Numbered from the stretch's first letter, positions 1 through 14,487 are shown. The stretch: DNA of 64,000 nt from Collodictyon triciliatum (GCA_043381765.1 JBHJMP010000595.1:1-64000), one strand, 5' to 3'. Made by a program: numbers and translations. Notes: a model not told the origin generated them from the sequence alone.

Positions 1-94
1 GTTTTTTGGTTTTTTGGTTTTTTGGTTTTTTGGTTTTTTGGTTTTTTGGTTTTTTGGTTTTTTGGTTTTTGGTTTTTTGGTTTTTGGTTTTTTG
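1..94. repeat. (GGTTTTTT)n simple repeat
   Basis: Tandem octamer read directly from the window start. Confidence 0.9.
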
Positions 95-514
95 TCTAGA
101 AGGGTAGATCAGGTGGCTGGTAATTGTGGTTGTCGGCGTCGCGGCTGTTGATGTGGTTTTCGTGGGTGTTTGCTGGCGATCACAAGCGTTTGTGTTTGTT
201 GGTTTGGGTTGGGTGTGTATGTAGAGAATTTCCTATATTAGGATTATAAATTGTACTTTTCATTGTTAATAAGATTAGTGTATAATTATATATATAATTA
301 CAATTCTCAATGATTATAATTATAGTATTATAGAGTTACAATTTTCTTATATTGGGTATAATATGTATAATGATGTAAATTCCGCATATGAACATCCGTT
401 GGCCTTCCTTTCTCATATCCCAGTCACAACCAATAACACATCGATCGTGACACAAAACAAAGCTCGCCACCCAGAAGAATACTGAAACCACCCTCCTTAG
501 AACACGCTGCTAGT

Positions 515-975
515 ATGTCTGGGCTTCCCCTCAAGGTTTTGACTGATGAGGAGCAGCGGATTCTGAATCAAAAGAAGGTAGCGAGGCCGCTCGTTTATGT
601 TTATATCCTCTGGATTTTTTTTCGCACACCTCGAAAGCAAGTCCAGAAAAGTGTGTTGTATCTGTAATAGACGAGTGTTGTGAAGTTTTTCTAAAGGATG
701 TTCTTTCATTCTCGTTTAGCTATCCTTTCAACAAACTGTAACTATGATGATGAGCCATGAAGGCCTCAATTCTCTAGCTCCTGACGCGAGTCCCACCTAT
801 TCTCTTGCAGGTTCAACTCAGAATCGACAACGAAAAGTACCTGCGCAACCACCCCGAGCTACAGTTATGGTGCACAGCATTCTTCGAGCGTGTGTTGGAA
901 GAACGGCCCGAAGATATACACGCTTTTGCTGCAGAGTTCTTCACGGACCGATCCACCCTTCCCTTACCAAAATGA
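515..975 (+). CDS. RIIAD1: RIIa domain-containing protein 1 (cilia-associated), 2 exons: 515-577, 811-975
   Basis: The spliced product MSGLPLKVLTDEEQRILNQKK|VQLRIDNEKYLRNHPELQLWCTAFFERVLEERPEDIHAFAAEFFTDRSTLPLPK* matches the RIIAD1 pattern (RI.NEKYLR.H.E...RP.NI..FAA.YFT). GT-AG intron. Missed by the ORF track. Confidence 0.88.
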
Positions 976-1274
976 AGATGGCGCGCACACAAACAGCGGA
1001 CTCCCTTCTCCCAAAGCCGATATCTACCGACTCTGCCCTTGAACATAAAAGCCCAGCCTATGCCCTCCTTCAGCGAATCTATCCAGATATAGCATGAATA
1101 GCCGTCCTTTGTCAAGCACAAGCAAAAACAAACACACTCCCCAACTTTGTCAGAAATCAAAACGCACCAGCCGAGCCAGCTTTCAGAGAAGGCGCAAGCC
1201 ATAGTGTCCGAAGGGAGAGTGGTAACTCAATGATGTCTGCAAGAGTTGCATCCATTAAAAGCTAAGATATCCGC

Positions 1275-2728
1275 ATGTTTTCTTCTCTTCCCTTTTACCC
1301 CCAGAGCGAAAACTGCTTCATGGGTCGCATCCGTCATGAGGGCAGCAAGACAAGCATTACTTTCTCAGAAACTACAAAGCTGCCGAAAGACTTGAACATA
1401 GGTCGTATTTCTGCTGTTCGTGCGGCAAGTGGGGAGATATTTGTACAGACGAAGGAAGGAGAACAGCTTTGCATCCTTCTTGGCCTCAACAATCCGATCC
1501 AGCATCTGATCCGTAAAGGTATTTGAAGGCAGACACAGTCAACCGCCAGCAACTTTAATATTCTTTTTAAAGGATTATTTATATATATATATGACACTTG
1601 TACTATGATATGTTTAATGAAAGGAGACGATCCCATTTTCCAAGGCGTGCAGTAAATCGTCAACTTTGGTCTTATTCAGATAGAAAAGTGATGATGTGTT
1701 AAACGCAGTTCCCGCTCATCCTGCGCAATTGGTTTAGATTGGTAGTTCTTGCTAATATTCGCTTCTTTTTTATGCTTTGGCCCAGGGTCGTTTGTTGGGT
1801 ATGAAAAGCACAAGACACAGGGCATGGGTGAAGTGTCTATCACCCTGGACCATTTACTATATCCCAAGCAAGTGCAGATGCTCAAGTCCAAGGGTCTGTG
1901 GTAAGTCCCTTCGGTTTGGAGTTTTTTTTATTTCATTTTGCTTTAATGCTTCAATTTATTACTATTTTTTGTCCTTATCCATGGTATAGCTCTTCTAACA
2001 CAGGGTGATACTTCTTTCCCCTTTATTTGGTTCTAAATTTATGGGAGTGGTAGATTGATAATATAATGCCTATGGGAGGAGGAAGACTCGTCGGTGTCTT
2101 GAAATATATCATCTCCTGTTTTCTTCTTCTTTTCTCACCCACTGCAAGATATTTATTTGTGGCATTGAATGACTTCCTGTAAAAAAATCTACACATTTTT
2201 GAATAAACTAGGCCCAAGGAGTTTGGGGATGATTATGACGACGGAGCATCCGATGTAGATACAGATGAACTCAGCTCGTCGGATAGTGAAGATGGTGACC
2301 ATCCCCGTGCGAGAACATCTTCTCAGCATTCCCAAAAGAAAAGCGGTAGCGAGCATGGGGACTCGAAAAAGACTCAAGACAGAGATGGTTCCTCATCCGA
2401 GAAGATGGAGGAGCACGCGGAGGACGAGCAGCCAGAAGGTGAGAAGGCCTGGGACGTGTCTTCCTGACACGGGCCCACTATACTCACTGCGCCGCGACTG
2501 CTTTGTCTACATCTCTTTCTGTGTTGCTCTTTTGCGCAATACCCTATTCATATTGTTTGTTTCCTCTTGGAACGGTATCTGTGCGGAACAGACGACGTAG
2601 GCCAAGACCAAGAGGCGCACGAGGAGGAACAAGATGAAGACCATGAGCAGGAGCAGGAGGAGGAAGAGGAGGAAATACACCCGGCGGAAGACTACCAGGA
2701 TGACTATGACCCGCAAGAGTATGAGTGA
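1275..2728 (+). CDS. EIF1AD: Divergent eIF1A-domain (OB-fold) protein with acidic C-terminal tail; 5' end unresolved
   Basis: Spliced ...VQTKEGEQLCILLGLNNPIQHLIRKG|SFVGYEKHK...LDHLLYPKQVQMLKSKGLW|PKEF followed by a D/E-rich tail. Resembles the EIF1AD signature KRG.F...L.....L.K.G.WP..F. Alternative starts exist at 972/978, 1094 or 1230. Confidence 0.6.
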
Positions 2729-3199
2729 GGCTCTCGAGGCACGCAAGTCCCCATGTCACCATAATAAACAGATTCAGAGTCGAGTGAGAGACGCTTGGTT
2801 CTCGCTACTTGCGCCACCATTTACTGAAATGACTATCATGCAATTATTGAAGAGTTCGCACATTCAGAAGATGACATAATAGCAGACGCATTGTTTGCAA
2901 AAGCAGTTATTGTTTTTTTGGTTGGGAGGGTATTGGGCTCATAGGAGACAAAAAGAATGGATGCACTGGACTTTTCATCCAAAATGCGAGTGTGTGCTAC
3001 AACACTCACAGCTTGACTTCATGCCAGAGAAGGAGGTGATAGGGAGTGAGTGAGGAATGAACAAACAAAACGTGAGTAGTCATTTTCTCTTCTTTGCAGC
3101 TCCACAGGGGGATGTAGTGGACCGTTGGTGTTTGCAGCGATGATATTTGCTGGGGGATGAGGCGTATAGAAAGGGGATGAGCCAGGATGGCGTGATTGT

Positions 3200-4276
3200 C
3201 TACGCAGAGTTGCCATGATTGCGGCGAGACTCCGGCTCTGCTTTGACCTTCTTGCGCATTTGACTTTCATGGTACTCGATGGAACTGTACCACGCGCCAC
3301 CAAAGACAGTGACCATGGTGCCAAGGGCCTTGAGAGGGGTCATGGCGGCATCAAAGAGAATTACAGAGAGACCAATGGTAGCCTACGATACAATCGGGAT
3401 ACCCAGGAATAAGTCATGATTACCTTGATTGGACGTGTCATTGGAATCTGTCCTGTGAATAGAGGAATGAAAAACTTACGACGTGCTTCACATTTCCGGC
3501 AACAGTGACAGCGAGAGGAGATGTCGTTTTGTTTGTCATAAAGTTGGCGTGATTGAGGAAGAATGCAAGGAATCCGCTGGCAAAGATCCAGAATAACGAA
3601 GTGAACGAAGGGACCCATTCATTTCTGATGGAGTCAAATTCACCACTGGCCCTGTGTGTTTTAATACAACAACGAAATATTAGCTACCCGCTTTTTGGAT
3701 CAATTATAAAGGCGGAAGAAGAAAAAAAAATTAAAGTAGGGTTGTGTTAGCTTATTCCGATGAAATGAGAGACAGTGCTGGAATTCAAAAAAAAAAAATG
3801 AAGGATAATAAAATACTACATTCGACTTGGGAGTTTTTTTTTTTTTTGTAATGCTCAAAAGAAGATACAAACCAGATGAAGGGAATCATCTGAACACATG
3901 AGTAAAAGCTCATCAGCTGCAAAAATTCCATAGGAGGAAGTTTGTTTGGGCCAACCAAGAACTTGTTCGAGAGGACAGTCTTTAGCGAGGATAGGAAGCA
4001 GACAAGGACTGCCATGGAAATTCAGAATCAGTGAATGTCTCTTTTCCGTTGTCAATTGGGATTGAAAAGACTTTAAATGTACGCAGTGTGAAAGAATGGG
4101 GAAAATGACCGAGGTAAATGGTATAGAAGCGAACATTTGGTTATAAATAACAGAAAAAACCAGAAAGGAACGATGATATATAGACAGATAATGAAAATAA
4201 ATAAATCATGAGTTTTTTTCCCTTTTATGCGCACATTTGACGAGAAAAATCAAACTAGAGAAAAATATGATGAGGG

Positions 4277-4310
<34 letters not shown>

Positions 4311-5101
4311 AAACCTGTGAGGAGAAAGCCGCCCAGGTGAAACTCGATTTCGCCGAGGGAGGCGAGGCAGACGCCGGCAATGATGGGGACGAGGGAGAGG
4401 AAGTGCTCGCGCTTGTAGACCTTGTGGAGGAAGGTCATGGAGAGGACGATGGTGATGGCTGGGATGGTGGAGCGGATGATCTGGACAAGGCTGACGCTGA
4501 CGTAGCGCAGGGACGAGTTCCCCACAATGATGTTTGAGCAGAAGAGGATGCTGAACAGGATCAGCGTTTGGTAGTCGCGCCGCGCAGAGTACTCGCCCGA
4601 GTCGCCCGGAGTGGAGGCTGTGGCTGAGACGCCTGTGGCTGTGGCTAAGGCTGTGGCGCCTGTGGCCGAAGAGACGGTGTCGGAGTCTGTGGCGCCTGTG
4701 GCGGTGGCCACGCGACGCTCCAGCAGCAGGGCGGCGGAGGAGCCCAGCAGGGAGGAGACCATGTGGATGAAGCTGAGGGTGATGGGGTAGTTGAAGTCGA
4801 AGAACTGGAAGGCCGCCTTGTTGAGCAGCGTCACAAAGATGTTGAGCGAGAACCAGATCGACAGCCACAGCGCCCCCTCGTGCTCCTGCAGGAACCGCAC
4901 GCATGGGATCGACTGCAGCGCCCCCACCAGCTGGCTGCGCATTCCTTGATTGTGGCTGTGGCCGTGGTTGTGGTTGTGGCTGTCACGGCGGTGGTTGTGG
5001 CTGTGGTTGTGGTTGTGGCCGTAGCTGAAGCCGTGTCGCTTGTCGTCTCCGTCCCGGAGGCCTGGCCCTAGCCCAAGCTCCACGTCTCCCAGTCGCGACA
5101 T
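3200..5101 (-). CDS. Triose-phosphate / nucleotide-sugar transporter family protein (SLC35E-like), 4 exons
   Basis: Motifs LNKAAFQFFDFNYPITLSFIHM, NSSLRYVSVSLVQIIRSTIP, LVPIIAGVCLASLGE, TSPLAVTVAGNVKHV and GGAWYS. Exons joined by in-frame GT-AG introns; TAG stop at 3200-3202. Confidence 0.9.
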
Positions 5102-5257
5102 CCTTGTCTCTGTAGTGTAGCTTTGGTAAGGCTCAGTCGGTTCTTTTTTTGTCTTTTGTTTTTTGTTTGTTTTTTTGTTGTTTTTTTTGTTGTTTTTTTT
5201 GTTGTTTTTTTTGTTGTTTTTTTTTTTTCGTTTTTTTTTTTTTTTTAAAGGTTTTTT

Positions 5258-5357
5258 NNNNNNNNNNNNNNNNNNNNNNNNNNNNNNNNNNNNNNNNNNN
5301 NNNNNNNNNNNNNNNNNNNNNNNNNNNNNNNNNNNNNNNNNNNNNNNNNNNNNNNNN
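5258..5357. other. Assembly gap (100 N)
   Basis: Run of N flanked by a T-rich simple repeat. Confidence 0.99.
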
Positions 5358-5825
5358 GATTCTACTTCACCTGATGTCTTTCGGACAGAAACAGTCCCCG
5401 TCGACCTTGCTCGAGTGAGGGAGATGTGGGAGTGTGTCGTAAGATATCTCCCACAGTATATTCAACCCCTGCTACCCACGCAACCGACCAACCAGTTGGG
5501 ATGCCCACCTGACCAACTCGCTATCACTGATTTCTCTCCAGTGCTACCCTCTCCGCGGTCGTGCCTTCCCCTACTCGCGTTTGCTCTTTGCTTTGCGCAC
5601 TTTTTCAGGCCTTTCCTTGAGCTTCGCTCTAAACGTCAATCACCCAATATATCCACATATACATATAAATCAAATGTGGAAAAATCACTGTTTCTTCAAC
5701 GGAATCTCGCTCCGTTGGCTTCCGCATCCGAAGCCGAAAAGGCAGAGAGCAGCGCAGGTGAACAGAACAGCGACCCCACAGAGATGGAAAAGACAGTTAA
5801 GACAGAACAAATCCAAGAAAAATGA
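5358..5825 (+). CDS. Possible 3' fragment of a hypothetical gene truncated by the gap
   Basis: Open frame from the gap edge to TGA at 5825 with coding-like composition (DSTSPDVFRTETVPVDLARVREMWECVVRYLP...EKTVKTEQIQEK). No recognisable motif. Confidence 0.35.
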   Translation, partial: DSTSPDVFRTETVPVDLARVREMWECVVRYLPQYIQPLLPTQPTNQLGCPPDQLAITDFSPVLPSPRSCLPLLAFALCFAHFFRPFLELRSKRQSPNISTYTYKSNVEKSLFLQRNLAPLASASEAEKAESSAGEQNSDPTEMEKTVKTEQIQEK

Positions 5826-5871
5826 ACAAACGAGTAAGAGAAAGACTTACACTCACGAAAACACAAAAGTC

Positions 5872-6190
5872 ATGGAAGTCCGCGGAGAAATTGGGTCTTG
5901 GCTGAAGCGGTTGCGGCTTGTGGACGGACCCACGCGGACAACCGCCGAAGGGAACTGGGTTTTGGATGTGCGCACTACAAAGGCCTTTCTAGAGGGCTAC
6001 AAAGTTGCTGAGTTGATCGTTCGGCTGTTTCCGGTACTTACATGTCTCGTCTTTCTCCCTTCGAAGCCCTTTTATTTTATTTTATTTTCCTTTGTATGGA
6101 AGACCGCAGAGATACACTCTTAGCCATGGTATTTGCCATCCCCAGCGCAATAGCTTGGATAGTTTTTGCTTGTTTTTGCTTGTGTTGCGT

Positions 6191-6267
<77 letters not shown>

Positions 6268-9200
6268 ATTATTATTATTATTGTTATTATTGTTGTTGTT
6301 GTTTTGTTTCTGAAAGTATGACAGAAAATCTTTTTTCTCTTTATTTCTGTTTGACAATCGAGTAAAGATCAGTCGCTTTGTAGGACGGCCCTGACGTTGT
6401 TTCTGAGCTGATCAGTGTAGCTTCCACAGACTCCGAGAAGCCAACGACCGGGGGATTGAGGGGGTAATATTCACTCCTCACAATCTGTGCTGATTGAATC
6501 TTGAATATCCTCTTTCTGGCCTCCTTCAAAAAAGATATCATCTCCATGCTTTTATCGCGATGCGATTCTTGTATCAACAAATATAATCACAGTCATTATA
6601 GATGTATCTATCATAATTCTTTCCGCTCGGTCCCTGAAGCGGTAATTAGGTTATATTTACTGTTATTTTGTTAAAATCAACAGATTCAACTGGGATGTCT
6701 TATCGAGAGAGTTAAAAAGAATCGGAATTCCATTGACAAAGGAAATCAGAGATTTGATTGTTGCCAAAGGTTCATAGGATATTAAAATTCATATTCATGC
6801 TTTCGATGAGGCTGACTTTCGCCTCATTGGTTCTTATTGCAGACTCTGACCTGATTTCTCAAATATTGGACCACCTGCATTATATTATTCACCAGACAAA
6901 CATGGGTTGGTTTTCGATAGAAATGACACCAAATGAGCAATATCGTGATTTTTCGACCACATCAATCCATTACTTTTTTTTTTTTGAAAACAACCTCACA
7001 GCTCCTCCGGCGAAAGTGAAACAGCAAAGGGGTTCACGTGTTGAATTCGGTATGACATAAATATGTGATGAATATTAGTAAATTGTCTCGGAGAAACATG
7101 AGTGCGATATCTCTTCTGTACTCTCATATTTCCAAAAGACAAAAAAACAGAAGGTCGCTTCAAGTATCATTATCTATGAAAAGTGACACATATTTTCCAT
7201 TAACTACCATTGTCTTTTTCTCTCTTCAGATTCTTCTATTATTTAATGACTTGAATTTATTGCGTTCGTGTTTGGGGAAAAAACGAAGAGAAACCAACAT
7301 ATTCCACATCACAGTGTCTAATTCCTCCAGAGATGGAAAAAAAGATGGCCCTCCTTCTACTTCAGATAGTTACCAGGAAAACGATGTCGTGTCGAGCATT
7401 AATGACCCACTAGGAGCTTCCTCATCTCATGTCACTATTGGTCCATTCCTTCTTGATTTTTTGATAAAATTGGGTGCTTTATATCCTCGCAGCACTTATG
7501 ATTAATATTTGTGCTTGTACATAAAGGACTTGGCTGCCATGTGCATATCAATGGTTCTGCAGCTCCCTTTGAAGCAGAGTAGGAAACTTTACTCCACAAA
7601 GACTGACAAGTTTCAATCGCTACTGTCTTCAGGGTTCAAGGGTGATTTTAGTCTTAGCGTCCAGCTGATGAAAGTTATATCAGAGAAGGTATTGATAAAG
7701 ATGTCAGGATTATTTTCGTGAGGAAAAGAGAATTGGAAACTAGTTACCCATGAACCTATTTTTCTCCTAATCAGAATGAGCACGTTCTATTTTTATACAA
7801 AAAATTAATGAATTCAATCCGATTTATTTTACTGTAAGGCACATCCTATGGCGAAACTCCTTACAGAGAAGGACTCCAGCAACTCGCTATTATATCATCT
7901 CAACCAAATTGGGTCTCCGTCACTCAGGTCACAACATCGTGGTGTATCGATATTAGGAGCAAAGTAATCATATAAGATAGACGAAAATATTGTCGACTTT
8001 AAATCATGGAATAAAATAATAAGCTTTTAAGTAACTTATAACGGGTATATTTGGGTTGAATCAATTATTAATTTATTATTGGTTGGGTAGGTTTTTGACC
8101 ACTCTTCATACGCATATGCGCAAAATACTGAGAGAGGGATTTACAAATGGTGTTAATTCACCCAACGAGTTTTACAAATGGTTAGTATTTGTATGTTAGC
8201 ACATTTATACACATACATCCCTTTTGCTTCCTTTGATTTTTTTTATTCTTCTATTCAATTTTGTGCTTTTGCTTTCTTTGATGCAATTTTTTTTAAAAGA
8301 AAACAATCATACAAGCATGCGTTTAGAAATTGTACTGTTTCTTGTAGGTTTGTTGACGAAGGTGGTTTGAGATCGTTTATCTCTTGCCAGAAGAATCACT
8401 CTGATATGAATGCAGTTCTAGTCCCCTTATTAATTGAAATATGCAACGGCTATTACCAGGTTTTCAAAATAATTTCTCAGATAGAAAATAGGAAGGTTGG
8501 CTCTGTTTGTTTGCTCTTGCTTTTCCATTATTTATTGACAAGCCTGGCAAATACAGGAACTTTTTACAAAGCATTTACCGACCCATATGAGCGATATTCG
8601 GTTCATGGCTGTTGCAACACAATCACTTGTAAACAAAAAAAAAACGCATGAAAACCCATTAACTGCTTCTTTTTTCCTTTTTGGTTATTGACTTCGTTAT
8701 TTAATTGTTATCGTTGCTTTTATCTATGTACATGATGTCAATATTGCTCACATTTATGTATTTCGAGTTAATATTTCCATCGCCGATTGCTCTTTTAGGC
8801 TCCACTTGTGGAACGATCGAATCGTGACCGTATAAATGTAAACCCTATCATCACGTATCTCACTGAGTATGCACTCCAGAGGCAAGGTATATATATGAGC
8901 TATGAAAAGCAGACAAACTTTTTTTTCTAAAAATTCTTAAAATATGCATTCATTTATATCATTCCGTATAATTTGTTATTGTTATTTTTTTTTTAAAAAA
9001 AAAAAAAGAAAAAGCTGAGTTATTCATCTACTCAGCTGCCGATGAGCTCAAGGAACCTGCGTCTGCGCTTTTGGCAGAAATATTCAACCATTTTCCCGAA
9101 CAAGTTTGTCGCTTAGTTTCAATGTTGGATGTAGTATGCCCGTAAATATGATTTTCTTTCATTATTGTATTTCTCCGAAAAAAAACTAGTGTATTCTGTG

Positions 9201-12200
9201 ACAAAAAGTTCCGAAAGATAATACTCGATAATGACTTTGAAATTTTGGCGTAGGTTGATTCTTTGTCAAAATCTGCAAAACGGATGATGGAAGTTGTTCA
9301 AAAGGCAATTTTGTTAAACCCACACAACAGTGTACAGTCCTGACATACTTACGTGTAATATCCATCATAGGCTACGTCTATGCCAGATGGTTCTTTCAGC
9401 TGGCTCTCGAATCCTAAGGACCCATTTTTCGGTCAGGATGTAAATTTTGACTAGAAATATATACGACTAAAAGTAGTACATTTTCCTTCGAATCCGTTTT
9501 TAAAAGCCCTTATCAAATTCCCTTCTTTTTTTCCCCCTAACTACATCCATATCGTACTTGATATTGAATGTGCTATCGTTTGTATTTATTTCGCTTAGTG
9601 TATAACATTTATATCCAATCACTTGCACAAACTACTATTGCTGTGCAAAATTTAGGCTGCGTGTCATACATATTTGCTATTATCATTATTCTGAGTGCAT
9701 TATCGATCCTAAGGTTGTGGCTGCACCAACTCCTGCTCGAAATCATTTCAAAAAGGCGCCAACTAGCCAAGAGCAGTTTCTTGGGGAACTGCTCTCCCTG
9801 CGCCCCAAACCAGTTGCAACATCCCCAAAAGCCCCTCCGCCAAAACAAGTATGTGCAAATATTAATGGCAATAATAATCTTCAAGGGTGTATACATCCTT
9901 AAAAATATTCATCATTCTTATTGATATTCTTTTCCATGACATTCAGGCATCATCGAATGCGTCACGCCTAAGTATGAACTCCAGGAGTCCGTATGCACCT
10001 AGCCCGCTTGACAGATCTCGTGAACCTGATAGGCTTATATTTATGGGGAAAGGTATCTTACATAATCGGACCATTTTTCTACCCCATATCGATATGTTTT
10101 CCATCATCGGAATAATTTGTTCTCTAGGAGAGATAATGCAATCTTGCCCTGTTGGAGAAAATGAATTGTGGACAACAGATAGTCGAGGCGTCGTTCTTAT
10201 ACGGTTAATGAAATCATATGGAGACAATCGGAGCTACTAGTGCATTCGAGTTGCATACGCATTCATAGGGTTTATGTATATATATATTTTAATAAAATGA
10301 ATAGAGATGTAAAGACTGCGGATATTGTCACGAGTTTTGGTGTCCCGTCGGCTTTTTCATCGTCTGTTCCAGGGAGCGCCGCCTCAGGTCAAGAAAGAAT
10401 GCCGCCTGGGACACTTGCACTCATCACATGCATCGAGGTAAGTCACGATTCTTAATAGTTCATCAGTATCGTACCATTCATTATGACTATACTATTCAGA
10501 ATGAAATTTCTGCAATATTATCTTTCTTTCGCTTCATCTATTTCATTTTATTCAAGCATCCATTTTGTGGTTGATAGGTCGTTGGAAAGCTAGTTTGTCT
10601 AGGAGCGGAGGATGGGTGTATATATGTTCAGAATTCTATCAACAAACAGCCAATCACTACGATTCAAGGGTTAGTACATCGCGCATATAATTTTTGTTTG
10701 TTTGTTTGTTTGTTTGTTTATTTGTTTATTTGTTTATTTGTTTATTTGTTTATTTGTTTATTTGTTTATTTGTTTATTTGTTTTTTGAAAAAGAAAAAGA
10801 AACTTATTTCTAGTTTGCAAACAGAATAATTTATGATACTTTTTCTTATTTCTCCTCCCGCGCAGCCATCTAGCAGGAATCACATGTTTGCTATCTACGG
10901 GCAAATCTTTGTTCTCTGCTGGAAAGGACGTGAAGATTCTTGAGTGGGACACACTCAACTGGACTCCTATCCGAGAGTTCTCTGGACATTCAAACATGTT
11001 TGAATTTTAATATTGACTACAGAACCCCATAACATTCTGCTACATATCTGCATTGTTTCGTATGTCTCAATTTCTAAGCGAGAAATTTTTTTTTAGAATC
11101 CGATGTTTGCTAAACTTCGGCTCGTCTTTTCTGTGGTCGGGTTCCGATGATACATCTGTCAGTTTTACATCATTCTGCACAGTCGTCATAGCGCTCTGAT
11201 TAAACTACATTTCCCTCCGATTTTTATTATTTTATTATCAAAAAGGAATATGCTTAAGGGAAAAAAACTCTAAACAATATGATATTACTTCTCTTTGCAA
11301 ATGAAACTAAACAAATTATGCTTTTTATGAAAAATTCTAGATACGTGTTTGGGATCTGAACGACGGTGACCCTGGTAAATGCAGGATTCTTGCTGGTCAT
11401 CAAGCATCTGTAATTAGTTTAGCCACATCGGCTACATGGCGAATTTCACAAGACGGTTTGTACAAAATGATTTGATTCATATATTGTTTTGTTTTGGGAG
11501 AAAAAGAAACCACACCGGGGTATTTTCATTAAAATGAACAAGAAAACAGGATATATTCAATTTTTTTTCCACTTCAACATGGCACGCAATAAGATTTATT
11601 ACTCTTTACAGAGGGAACCCTTGTCTGTCGAGTATGGAGTGCATCCTTAGATAGAACCATTCGAGTTTGGAATGCTACAGGAAACTTGGAGTGTTTGTGC
11701 TCGATTAACTTGGCTCCATCTCCGATATATTCATTGGTAAGTAAGATAATCAAATAAAATAAAATAACTAGAGTATACAAAATAAAACACAAATGCAGTA
11801 TATGCATCATTCTATTCAATTCACACCTTTACTGATGGGAGGCAATCATTAGATTGCTGTTGGGACTAAACAAGTCTGGGCTGCCACTGAAAGTGGAATA
11901 ATTGCATATGACGCCTCGAACTTCAAATATATCAAATCGCTGAATCCACCCACGAATGGTGGCTCTGCTATTGTACCGGCGACTCACTTGTCCGAGGTAC
12001 AGGAAACATGTGTGAATTATATTTGGAGTGCTTCTTCACACGATGGAAATATTTCTGTGTGGAGACACGAATCCTGGGTCGATGTGCACGATTCAGAAAG
12101 CAAAGAGGCACCTGCCGGCCGCGGGAAGGCACTGAATATCCTTGCACAGAATCTCGTTTTGGAGAGCCAAATTAAAGATATGGTGATTGAGAAAAATGAA

Positions 12201-14388
12201 CTTATTCGTCAAGCGAACGAAATACAGATGAACATCAAGCAGAAAGCAGCTGAAGAGCTGAAGAACCAGTAATTTATTTAGATTTATGTTTGGATTTGGA
12301 TTTCCCTGGAAAAGAGTCATTATGATATGAGTAAATGTATGTGTCTAGGCAAAAAGCTCTTCTAGAGGAAAAGGAAATATTACTGCAGAGACTTAAGGAT
12401 ATCGAAGATGCTTCGCAATCTGTTGAATCCAAGAAGGGTGACCTGTTGATTGAAAACGACCGATTGAAACGAGATAAGCAGAGGCTACAGGTTTGATACA
12501 CTATAATCTATCTGAAAGGGCCACACCGATATCTTAAATATTATATGATCTTCGAACCAGGAAAAAATTGAACAACAAGGGAAAGAAATTGCAGATATCC
12601 TTGAATCCAATGCGAAGATTGTGAGATTGAACCGTGATCAGTTTGAAAGAATGGAAGAGGACAGACAAGCAGAGTTTCGGAGAAGAATGGTCTCGGATAC
12701 CTTAAAAAATAATGAAATGTGATGTGAAATGTGCTCATTTCACTATCCTTTCAAGCAAGACATATTCTGGTTGTGTTTTTTTTTTCACCCCCATTGTTAA
12801 TCAATCATTTATTTCTATAGGATGAGTATGAAACTATGCTATCAAAAAGCAAAGCAAATCAAGACGAAGAAACGAAGTAATTTTTTTTTTAATCAGTACA
12901 CACGAATATTGTTCTCTGTGATATTTTTTTTTAACAAAATACCCGAATCCCTAATTTTGAATATAAAAATTCTAGAAAACTAAAGCAGCAACAAAAGAAG
13001 GAAATCGAAGGCATGGCCAAAAAGTATGAAGACGAAAAAAGTCGAATGTTAAGCGAACACAAAAAAGAATTAGACAGAATCGAGGCGAGCACTTTGTTTT
13101 TTTTTTTCTTAAAGAAAACATCACAAAAATATTTATGCAATACTTTGATTTCACCAATACAGGGCATCAGCGTATAACTTTGGTAGTGTCTAATAGAACA
13201 GTTTATTACCATACCTCTAGATTAACAACACACAACTATACAACTCTGACCGAGAGAGACACCGCCGTGAAGTTGATGGCTATCTCCAAGAGATAGAAAA
13301 GCTGAAGGAAGAGCATAAGCAGCTCCTCATCAGTCTTGGTGGAGAAACACAGGTATAGCCACCAATGTTTAAGATGCCCATTCCTAATGTTTTTCGTTTT
13401 TGTCACGAAAGGAATCGATGATATTATGCTTATTGCATGCCACTGAAATTTATAATAATGGTCGCCGGATAGGACAACCTCGCAAGACTTGATAGTGAAT
13501 ACAAGGCAGAGATTAGATCTATGAAAGACTATTACGAGGCGGCTCTAGCCGAAAAAGAGTATCGTTCATTTCCCTGAATCCGATAGTATTTATTGTCGTT
13601 GAGGTGTATTGCATAGCTTTATTGGGAAATTATTTTTCTAGGAAGGAGATTGAAGGAATACAAGAATCCAAGAAGGAGGAAATTGCGAAGTTGAATCAGA
13701 GATATGATGATGACATGGAACGAGAGAGACACCGACACGACATGGAAAAGTCCACTACTGTTGATAACCTCCGTTCTGTTAAGGTATACCTTCGCAAATT
13801 TTATTATCATTGAATTAATTATTGGGGTTCAACCCAAAACCTCGCTTATTTCCTTCACCATACGCAAAAGGACAAAGAAATTCTGGACTTGAAAACTCAA
13901 ATCGACAGAATCAGAGACCAACACAAGAAAGAGCTGTATAATAGGGAGGAAGAATTCCGGGTCCAACGAAGACAACTGGAACATGACTCACAAGACGTAT
14001 GTTCTCTTATTTTCTCCTTTAAAAACACAAGGAGGATGTTTTTTCATCTCTCGCATACACACATGTAATTATTCCTTACCTTTTCTCCCCGCACATTTCA
14101 GAAAGAGGAGCATTATGTAAGATTACTGCGTGACAAGGCCATGGAAATGGATGACTTGAGAGAGGACATACAAAATCAGAAAGATAAATTGGAACATGGC
14201 TTGATTGATTGTGACGAACGTATAGAGAAGTTAAAGCGTGACCACGAAGCTGACCTGGCATCTGTGAGAAAGAACTGCGAGAGACAGATTCAAGTATTGA
14301 TATCCCATTTAAATATATGTTCCCCCATTAATATTTCGTAAAATGAAATATTAAAACAAACGAAATTAGAAAATGTGTCCCTTGGTTG

Positions 14389-14487
<99 letters not shown>

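Noticed and set aside
1..94. (GGTTTTTT)n as a telomere
   Set aside because: The G/T-rich strand points into the sequence rather than toward an end, and similar A/T-rich simple repeats occur throughout the window.
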